A DNA stretch of 64,000 nucleotides from Pseudomonadota bacterium. GTDB taxonomy: Bacteria; Desulfobacterota; Desulfobacteria; Desulfobacterales; JBDRRP01. The translations under genes and the position numbers were made by a program. Location of the stretch: assembly GCA_043825735.1 (NCBI GenBank), contig JBDRRP010000022.1, positions 69,231-133,230 on the forward strand. The letters are read 5' to 3'. Numbering within the stretch: the stretch's first letter is position 1; every line of letters begins with the position of its first letter. Below the pieces are notes generated by a model, which saw only the letters and a list, made by a program, of their open reading frames with translations, was not told the origin of the DNA and made no database searches. Of this stretch, positions 18,201 to 24,048 are shown piece by piece.

Positions 18201-19095
18201 GAGAAAGAATGATTTAGAGGTGGGTGAGGGATTCCCTGCAGATTGGCTTATATTCGTGGATAATTTGCTATCATTGAAAGGCGATCTTCGCTGCCATGCC
18301 TTGGTAATATTTGCGCACAACATGAACTGGTTTTACACCATAGATCCGATTTGGACCGAAGCCAACATGCTGTCGGTTTTGGACAGAAGCGATAATTCGG
18401 ATCGAAACGCTATTTGGAGTGGCTTTTTCTGGGGCTCAAAGGTTCCGAACCAAAAGTTATATATGCGGCTGAAGCCAAATTTTTTGACATTTGCGGATAA
18501 ACGCAGCTTGCCAAATCGGAAATATGGAAAGGTGCTTGCCGGCATAATTCTTGCGGGTTGGGGCAGCATTAATGAAAAAACTGGAGAACGGTGCATTTCT
18601 AACGCTGAGATGCATGATGTTCTATTGCATACTGATGACGATTTGCGCTCACATATCCTCTGGCAGGTTGAAAGATGGTCAGAGATTAAAGTAAATGGTT
18701 CAGGTGAAAAGTGGGCTAAAATGTTATCAGAACTTCTTCGAGATGTCTGGCCTCGTCAGAAATCAGCAAAGACACCGCAAATATCAGCTCGTTTGTGTGA
18801 CCTCGCATTCTCAAACGTCGAACGGTTTCCAGAGATAGCGGAAATTGTCCTACCACTACTGACAACCATCGACCGAGATCATTTAATGTTTCCCAATCTG
18901 CGCAAATCTAAAGACAATATTGTTGATTTATATCCGCAGCAAACTTTAGCGCTCTTGCACGCGGTCCTGCCGGACAATGTTGCAGCTTGGCCGTATAGCA
19001 TCGAAGAGACTCTTCAGCGAATAAGCGAGGCCGATAAAAGTTTAAATTCGGACGGAAGACTATTAGAACTCAAACGAAAATGGAATGCCCGTTAA
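15253..19095 (+). CDS. Cassette 3: 1280-aa SIR2_2-domain protein with a large uncharacterised C-terminal region (DSR1-like architecture)
   Basis: N-terminal SIR2-family motifs VVFFCGAGVSRARAGLPDFFGL (GAGxS), LVTTNFDRLFE (TNxD) and DGIIHLHGY (catalytic His), plus VVVFVGYTADDPPVHYLL. The remaining ~950 aa are helical-repeat-like with no motif I recognise. Confidence 0.75.
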   Translation: MRFLKDSPSIPDALLIARDEGRVVFFCGAGVSRARAGLPDFFGLADDVINKLGVPTDNPACKILNEAREIDNRTGVSGLISADRIFGLLERDFLVRDIEAAVAEALHPAEDVGLSAHQILLDLATTPEGKVQLVTTNFDRLFEDCSDTLKIWQPPRLPDPARHGEMDGIIHLHGYATKDYTGAEGDGFILSSSEFGRAYLSDGWATQFFREILYRYVVVFVGYTADDPPVHYLLEALNKKAGGLDGVYAFQSGMANEAAAKWLHKGVEAIPYAENDGHRALWETLAAWAERAKDPDEWYKSVIGLAKKGPEQLQPHERGQVAHIISTVEGARKFSEGDDPIPAEWLCVFDPNQRYSKPGRTGGFGGHGPIVDPFDLYGLDTDIVPKQIDPDDYFEKREVPSTAWDAFAANRLDRQNLRDDSFSAIRGHWATNVPVLPSRLSEIGTWIMKVADQPASVWWAASQFGLHPDIQKRIQWQLERSQKEAGSVIRQAWRYLFEAWEKNKGGFSWDWYKLKAAIDKDGWNSAVIRKFVAINRPYLKVERNYWSGPKPPQWEKDIKIQDILRLEVEYPKPIDDANIPDEWLTFAVRELRKNLEHAMQLETEFCGYGLNNISPIIPDDAPGSDRYGRTHGLSGSVISFSTFFERLIKFDIKSAKQEIEAWPVNDDTIFSRLRIWASGNGELVSAKAFGPVIADLSDEAFWDSYHKRDLLMVLAKRWGDLSEQTRKEIENRLIQGRTKWDGEDDAEFIHHKAWATLNRLHWLVNKGCKFTSDLGAETTKLQSFATEWKPEYSEKAAESMEGRGGWVKTETEHSLLLLEPLDSILAKACELSGKKGDFLVENDPFAGLSAERPIRAFSALSDAAKRDEYPDWAWRTFLNSEARKSDKPQFSALIAERISRYPNDAVAEFIRPASDWILNISQQLSSNFPKSFDRIISKLVNVLRSQPPSSNSAIVRGNKEPDWTMEAINAPVGKIAQALFNDPRKNDLEVGEGFPADWLIFVDNLLSLKGDLRCHALVIFAHNMNWFYTIDPIWTEANMLSVLDRSDNSDRNAIWSGFFWGSKVPNQKLYMRLKPNFLTFADKRSLPNRKYGKVLAGIILAGWGSINEKTGERCISNAEMHDVLLHTDDDLRSHILWQVERWSEIKVNGSGEKWAKMLSELLRDVWPRQKSAKTPQISARLCDLAFSNVERFPEIAEIVLPLLTTIDRDHLMFPNLRKSKDNIVDLYPQQTLALLHAVLPDNVAAWPYSIEETLQRISEADKSLNSDGRLLELKRKWNAR

Positions 19096-19162
19096 GTTTC
19101 GCGTCCTGATACCGCATGACCGCTTTGAGTCGAACGCAGACACTTAAACAGTGATCAAAAAA

Positions 19163-19243
19163 AGCTAACAAACCCATTAACTCGGACAGCAAAAAGCTAC
19201 ACTGCGCTTCACTTTTTGCTGCCGGTTATGGGTGGCGTTAGCC
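19163..19243 (+). other. attC-like site 3 (clearest example)
   Basis: R'' AGCTAAC, aaa, stem CCCAT(T)AAC(T)CGG(A)CAGCAAAAAG, loop ctacactgcgcttca, CTTTTTGCTGCCGGTTATGGG, tggc, R' GTTAGCC. Three extrahelical bases lie in the R''-side arm. R'' equals rc of the preceding R' (GTTAGCT) at 7/7. Confidence 0.8.
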
Positions 19244-19299
19244 AGAAGACTGGCCTTAATACGCTTAGTGACCAAGGATTGTCCCCAGGAGCATAGCCA

Positions 19300-21024
19300 A
19301 TGTTGCAGATAGCGACTGGTCGATTTCATAAGGTTGCTGCGGCCAGGAAACACATAGGTTACGCCACCTTGTTCTCAAGCGGGGATATCTACCGCGATCT
19401 ACGTACACCGATGGGCACCATAAAGCGGTCCACGGCGACTGGACGCCTCGCCGGCCATGTACATGAGTATGTACAACACCATACGGCGCCCGGCGAAGGT
19501 GTTTTGGTGTGGGGTGGTGACCGAGAGCTAAATGACGATTTAGCTGCTGCCATGACGCTGTTCTTGCCTGGCTTTTTTGACGCAGACCAAGCGGTGGTCT
19601 TGGCGGCGACAGAACGGGACCCAAGTGGCCACCCACGCGATGAACGCTTGCCAAGCAACTTCCTGCCATCCAAGTTGCGCCTGCCACTTGCCAATCCCAC
19701 CGGCGAACTCGGTCGCTTTGAATCGCTACTTGACCGTCTGGTACAGCTCCCCCGGTCCGATTTCGAGGTCCTAATCGAAGCGATGCGAGCGTTTAAGCGA
19801 GCAATTCTGGCGCTTCGACTTGATCACCTGCTAGCGTACTCCAATCTCGTATTTTGTCTCGAATCCCTCGCGCAGAATCTGCAACCATACAAGGCGGAAT
19901 GGGAAGACTACCCCGACGCGGACCGGACGCGAATCGAGGTTTCACTCAACGGTTTGGATATAGATATCCAAGAACGGGTCAAAGCAGCGATTATCGAGGA
20001 CCGCCAGTTGCGGTTAACAAAACGGTTCGTCTCTTTTATAGAAGAGCGGGTCCGACCAACATACTATCGAAACGAAGCTTCGGGAATAAAGGGAGCAATT
20101 CGGCCGTCCGAACTAGAAAACTGTCTAAAAGTTGCTTATCAGATTCGGTCTGGGTATGCGCACTCCCTCGCCAAACGCTTCAAACACATTCAGATTCCTA
20201 TGATTGCCGATGGGGAAACGTATACCTGGGATGGCCAAACTGTACCTACTTTTGCCGGATTGGCACGCCTCCTTGAACACGTAATGCGCACGCTAATTAT
20301 GGAGGCTGTCCCGGTGGAACCAGAGGAAATCCCTTTCACAAGGCTCATGCCAGGCGTCATCACGATGAAAGTGGCACCAAAACATGCCCTCGCCAACTAT
20401 AAGGTGTACAAGTCGGGGTGGGCGCAACGGGTTCTATCGCTTGTTGTGACACACCTGTGGTTCCTGCCCGCCGCCAAACCCGTAGAGCGGAAAGTGATCC
20501 TTGTGGAGGAGTTTATGGACGATGCCATCGCCAAATTGGGCCAGATGAACGCTCATGAAGAGTGTTGCGCCCTGAACTTGGTTCGGCTGTACGAGCCGTA
20601 TCTGGGAACCAGCTTGAAACCAGAATGGCGGAAACTGCTCGAAGCAAGCGACGAGAAGCTCCGAAAAGCAAACTGGCCCAATCTGGTTTCTGTAATTCTT
20701 GTAGGCGGATCATTGGATAATGACGGCGATTATGCTCTTACCGCGGCTGACGAACTACAGCGCATCTCAACAAAGAAAAATGGTCCGGATATTCCAAAGG
20801 ACTTGGTCTTGGCCGCTCGCACAGTTGCAGTGTCGATGATATTTGAAGACAAACCGGACCGCGGCAGGGACCTCAATGGAGCCCTCGTGTTGGAAGCCGC
20901 GGGACGGCCGAGAGCGCAAGAACTGATTGAGCGGATTGATGATGAGTACACGATTCCCGAACTCCAACGAGCCCTGCTTGGCGTCCCGGAACCTGAACAA
21001 GCCGGCAGAAAAGATGAGGAATGA
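19300..21024 (+). CDS. Cassette 4: 574-aa hypothetical protein with a central Rx4H (HEPN-type) motif
   Basis: AGGAG RBS at 19287-19291. The motif is CLKVAYQIRSGYAHSLAKRF. No other family signature recognised. GC is visibly higher than in cassettes 1-3. Confidence 0.45.
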   Translation: MLQIATGRFHKVAAARKHIGYATLFSSGDIYRDLRTPMGTIKRSTATGRLAGHVHEYVQHHTAPGEGVLVWGGDRELNDDLAAAMTLFLPGFFDADQAVVLAATERDPSGHPRDERLPSNFLPSKLRLPLANPTGELGRFESLLDRLVQLPRSDFEVLIEAMRAFKRAILALRLDHLLAYSNLVFCLESLAQNLQPYKAEWEDYPDADRTRIEVSLNGLDIDIQERVKAAIIEDRQLRLTKRFVSFIEERVRPTYYRNEASGIKGAIRPSELENCLKVAYQIRSGYAHSLAKRFKHIQIPMIADGETYTWDGQTVPTFAGLARLLEHVMRTLIMEAVPVEPEEIPFTRLMPGVITMKVAPKHALANYKVYKSGWAQRVLSLVVTHLWFLPAAKPVERKVILVEEFMDDAIAKLGQMNAHEECCALNLVRLYEPYLGTSLKPEWRKLLEASDEKLRKANWPNLVSVILVGGSLDNDGDYALTAADELQRISTKKNGPDIPKDLVLAARTVAVSMIFEDKPDRGRDLNGALVLEAAGRPRAQELIERIDDEYTIPELQRALLGVPEPEQAGRKDEE

Positions 21025-21050
21025 GGGGGCGGAAGACTGCTGGACCGTTT

Positions 21051-21116
21051 CGTTAACAAATCGGTCAACACGACCACTCGGCTGCGCCTCGCGGCGGGTT
21101 ACCTCAATCGTTCGGT
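21051..21116 (+). other. attC-like site 4 (weaker)
   Basis: R'' CGTTAAC and R' GTTCGGT. The arms GGT(C)AAC...ACTCGGCTGCG / CGCGGCGGGTTACC pair imperfectly. R'' matches rc of the preceding R' (GGCTAAC) at 5/7. Confidence 0.5.
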
Positions 21117-21123
21117 AAAAGTC

Positions 21124-21708
21124 ATGAAAGCAATCTTAACACGTAGTCAACTTGACCTCATATGGAATATTGAAATTTCTTGCCGTCGATGTGTGCGAGG
21201 TGCTCGGTACTTCAATGCACTACCGAAGTCAAAAGACCGCCGGTGGGCTTACACACAGAACTGTTTCGGAGGTATATCTGTCGTGTTTTGGTGTCAGATT
21301 TTCGGCAGCTATTCGGAGCCAACCCACTACTATAGACTTTTCGCTGAAAACACAACGTTGCCCTTAAGCAGAAGCGATGTAACCACCCGACTGCAAAAGG
21401 CGATAGGCATGACAAAATCCGAATACAAAGAATTCTGGAAGGGCGTCAAAGATGCCCGTGACAAGTTTTTTGTGCATAATGAGTTCGATACGGAAGATAA
21501 ACCACGTTTCCCCGATTTGGGCCTCATGGCCCAAGTCTGTCTCGAAATGAGAATGGTACTTCGTGAGATTCTTGACGCCTGCACTTCAGAAGAAGTCAAA
21601 TTTCAAAAACGCATTGTTCACTGGATTTCTTACTTCACAAACGATGTGTTTCTCAAGGATGTGGAAAAGGATCTCCCACAGCTCCAGAAAGAAGCATCGC
21701 TGAGCTGA
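21124..21708 (+). CDS. Cassette 5: 194-aa hypothetical protein with an Rx5H motif resembling AbiU2-type HEPN
   Basis: The motif is WKGVKDARDKFFVHNEFD. The size fits small stand-alone HEPN/Abi proteins. The assignment rests on the motif only. Confidence 0.4.
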   Translation: MKAILTRSQLDLIWNIEISCRRCVRGARYFNALPKSKDRRWAYTQNCFGGISVVFWCQIFGSYSEPTHYYRLFAENTTLPLSRSDVTTRLQKAIGMTKSEYKEFWKGVKDARDKFFVHNEFDTEDKPRFPDLGLMAQVCLEMRMVLREILDACTSEEVKFQKRIVHWISYFTNDVFLKDVEKDLPQLQKEASLS

Positions 21709-21711
21709 AAA

Positions 21712-21769
21712 ACCGAACCAGGCACTGCACGGTACGGTTTACCACCTCCCGTGAGTGCAACCGTTAGCC
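21712..21769 (+). other. attC-like site 5
   Basis: R'' ACCGAAC, cag, stem GCACT(G)CACGG, 16-nt loop, CCGTGAGTGC, aacc, R' GTTAGCC. R'' equals rc of the preceding R' (GTTCGGT) at 7/7. Confidence 0.7.
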
Positions 21770-21777
21770 GGAGAACT

Positions 21778-22587
21778 ATGGAAAGAATTCCATCATTTGA
21801 TGCTCAAAAACTGGAAGCGGCATGTCGGGTTCTTGCTGATACTGAACGTGGGCTTACCGGTTCAGAGATTGGATATTTACTTCAAGATTGCAAATTAACC
21901 GATACCAGTCCAACTGAGACTAAATGGATAAGACTCTTTAATGCGCTTATTGAAGCCCAAAACAAGTATCAAGTTGGCAACCACTTAATAATGTTTATAA
22001 ATCGTGCCCTTGATCCAGTAAAGTATGCACGGCAAAAAGAAAAATTCGAATGGCGACGGAACGAGTTGAATGTTGTTCTTTCATTTTCTGGTTTTAGCGT
22101 TCGAGAGGACGGCAAGGTTATTCATAGTAAAAAAGAAACGACATTGAAGGGTGCACTGGCAAGGGCCGGGGCTCTGAAATCCAAACTTGATGATAGGAAG
22201 GCGCATGTTGAGATTTTTAAATATTGTAAAGCAGAACTTTTAGAAGAAAATTATTTTCATTCTGTTTTAGAGGCAATCAAGGGCGTGGCCAGTCGAATCA
22301 GAGAGTTGTCCGGCCTTACATCTGATGGGGCTGAGCTTGTAAACAAAGCTTTTTCTGTTAAGTACCCTGTTCTCGCAATAAATACATTGTCAACTGAAAC
22401 CGAACAAAGTGAGCAAAAGGGGTTTAGCAATATGCTTATTGGAATATTCGGCGCAATTAGAAATCCTACTGCACATGCCCCTAAAATATCATGGCCTATT
22501 ACAGAACAAGATGCACTGGATATTTTTTCAATGGTTTCCTATATTCATCGGAAGTTGGATATAACCAGTAAAGTAGGTAGCCCATAG
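21778..22587 (+). CDS. Cassette 6: TIGR02391 (Hypoth_Ymh) family protein, HEPN-type RNxxxH motif
   Basis: The track ORF starts at GTG 21751, inside attC site 5. ATG 21778 follows a GGAGAA RBS just after R'. The C-terminal signature is SEQKGFSNMLIGIFGAIRNPTAHAPKISWPITEQDALDIFSMVSYIHRKLD. Confidence 0.7.
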   Translation: MERIPSFDAQKLEAACRVLADTERGLTGSEIGYLLQDCKLTDTSPTETKWIRLFNALIEAQNKYQVGNHLIMFINRALDPVKYARQKEKFEWRRNELNVVLSFSGFSVREDGKVIHSKKETTLKGALARAGALKSKLDDRKAHVEIFKYCKAELLEENYFHSVLEAIKGVASRIRELSGLTSDGAELVNKAFSVKYPVLAINTLSTETEQSEQKGFSNMLIGIFGAIRNPTAHAPKISWPITEQDALDIFSMVSYIHRKLDITSKVGSP

Positions 22588-22593
22588 GGAGAT

Positions 22594-22655
22594 GGCTAAC
22601 CAAAGGATTAAGAGCGACGGCAAAAAGCCGCCGCGTCTAATGCCTGCCGTTATGC
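22594..22655 (+). other. attC-like site 6 (last site of the array)
   Basis: R'' GGCTAAC, caaa, arms GGATTAAGAGCGACGGC / GCCGCCGCGTCTAATGCC with bulges, tgcc, R' GTTATGC. R'' equals rc of the preceding R' (GTTAGCC) at 7/7. R' is identical to that of site 0. Confidence 0.7.
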
Positions 22656-22723
22656 AACCCCAACATTTAATAAAGTATTTCTTTTTGAATCTGTTTTCTC
22701 AATAATTAGGAGGTAAGGCAGGT

Positions 22724-23599
22724 ATGCTTGGCGGCTCATATACAGCAATGATCACTCCCTTCAAAAATGGAGCGCTTGATGAAACGGCGTTCCGGCGAAT
22801 GGTCAATTGGCAAATTGATAACGGAACCCAGGGATTGGTACCCATGGGTACTACAGGAGAATCCACAACCGTAACCGAAGAAGAGCACAAACGAGCTGTT
22901 GAAATAGTTGTTGAGGAAGTGGCCGGTCGTGTTCCGGTCATCGCAGGTGCCGGATCAAACAACCCTGTTGAAGCGCTCCGTTATGCACAGGGTGCACAAG
23001 AAGCAGGTGCAGATGCGATACTGTGTGTAGCGGGTTATTACAATCGCCCCTCCCAAGAAGGCATATATCAACACTTCAAATACGTTCATGACGGAACCGA
23101 TATCCCGATCATTGTCTACAATATTCCCCCGCGCACCATTATCGACATTTCGCCCGAGACCATGGCAAAGCTGGCAGCATTGCCGCGTGTCATTGGAGTA
23201 AAAGATGCCACGATGGATTTGTCCAGGATAAGCCGTGAGAGAATGCTTATCAAAAAACCATTCAGATATTTTTCAGGGGAAGATATGACAGCGGTCGCGT
23301 ATAACGCAAATGGAGGAAACGGCTGTATATCAGTAACCGCAAATATCGCTCCAGGGTTATGTTCACAAATGCAGAGCGCCTGTATTGCAGGAAACTACAA
23401 ACATGCATTGGAATTGCACGAAAAGCTCGTGCCGTTGCATCAAGCATTATTTCAAGAGCCAAGTCCATCCGGCGTCAAGTATGCTGCTTCACTAATGGGT
23501 TTGTGTAGCGCTGAAGCCCGCCTTCCCATGGTACCGGTTAACGAGCAGACAAAGGTTAATATTCGAAAAATAATGGAGGATTTAAAACTGACAAACTAG
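22724..23599 (+). CDS. dapA: 4-hydroxy-tetrahydrodipicolinate synthase (DapA family)
   Basis: 291 aa with an AGGAGG RBS. MITPFKNGALDETAFRRMVNWQIDNGTQGLVPMGTTGESTTVTEEEHKRAVE...YNIPPRT...GVKDAT is typical DapA/NAL-family sequence. Composition is intermediate (29/60 GC at 22801-22860). Confidence 0.85.
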   Translation: MLGGSYTAMITPFKNGALDETAFRRMVNWQIDNGTQGLVPMGTTGESTTVTEEEHKRAVEIVVEEVAGRVPVIAGAGSNNPVEALRYAQGAQEAGADAILCVAGYYNRPSQEGIYQHFKYVHDGTDIPIIVYNIPPRTIIDISPETMAKLAALPRVIGVKDATMDLSRISRERMLIKKPFRYFSGEDMTAVAYNANGGNGCISVTANIAPGLCSQMQSACIAGNYKHALELHEKLVPLHQALFQEPSPSGVKYAASLMGLCSAEARLPMVPVNEQTKVNIRKIMEDLKLTN

Positions 23600-23727
23600 T
23601 AAAAAGTCTAGAATCACCACAGAGGACACAGAGAGCGCAGAGATAACTTATTAATTATTCATCATATTCTCTGCGGTCCTCTGCGGTCTCTGTGGTTCGA
23701 AATCACTTTTTACGGATTAATCAAAAC
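23599..23727. repeat. Modular hairpin repeat, CACAGAG-type
   Basis: GTAAAAAGTCTAGAATCACCACAGAGGACACAGAGAGCGCAGAGA ... TCTCTGCGGTCCTCTGCGGTCTCTGTGGTTCGAAATCACTTTTTACGGATTAATCAAAAC. It starts at the dapA stop. Confidence 0.85.
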
Positions 23728-23753
23728 TAATTTGAAAAGATGCATCTAATGAG

Positions 23754-23999
23754 GTGCCAATGACGGCAAAGAAGGAAATCGTTTTTCTGTTGGTTTCATT
23801 GGTTACTCTGGTCTTTCTCAAAGTCTCGGCAGATGGCGGTCCGTGTCCTCCAGGCGGCACCCACCGGTATTTTTTCAAGCTCTATGCCCTCGATGTCGAA
23901 CTCGCACAGGAACCGGGGCTTACCAAGGCCAAATTGATCGAGGCCATGAAGGGCCATATCCTGGCCGAAGGGCAGCTGATGGGGCGGTACAAACGATAA
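23754..23999 (+). pseudogene. Truncated PEBP/YbhB-YbcL family gene (only the C-terminal ~60 codons are family-like)
   Basis: [54 protein letters not shown] matches the conserved C-terminus of bacterial PEBP proteins. The N-terminal ~100 residues of the family are absent. Confidence 0.55.
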
Positions 24000-24048
24000 G
24001 AGGGCCCGGGGCATTAATAGAAAACACGCTGAACAAAGGAAGGCGTTT

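Larger units (their letters stand above)
11998..22655 (+). mobile_element. Integron-type gene-cassette array with no integrase gene in the window (CALIN-like): 6 cassettes, 7 attC-like sites
   Basis: Six co-oriented ORFs, each followed by a 58-81 bp imperfect hairpin flanked by RYYYAAC-like (R'') and GTTRRRY-like (R') boxes. R'' of site n equals rc of R' of site n-1 at 7/7 positions for cassettes 1, 3, 5 and 6, and at 5/7 for cassettes 2 and 4. Composition is AT-rich: spot counts give 21/60 GC at 12061-12120 and 25/60 at 16801-16860, against 39/60 at 7001-7060. Confidence 0.75.

Noticed and set aside
12066-19095. Reading TIGR04141 + TPR + SIR2 as one three-gene defence operon/system
   Set aside because: Each gene has its own RBS and its own flanking attC-like site with boundary boxes that match cassette-wise. 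They are therefore best treated as independently mobile units. Functional cooperation is not excluded, but the sequence does not support it.
23599-23727. Hairpin repeats considered as a CRISPR array or as attC sites; a tRNA-like GGTTCGAAATC T-loop motif at about 23694
   Set aside because: There are no regularly spaced direct repeats with unique spacers, so this is not CRISPR. The repeat termini lack RYYYAAC/GTTRRRY boxes and do not obey the neighbour-complement rule, so these are not attC sites. The T-loop-like string sits inside the repeat arm with no acceptor or anticodon stems, so it is not a tRNA.
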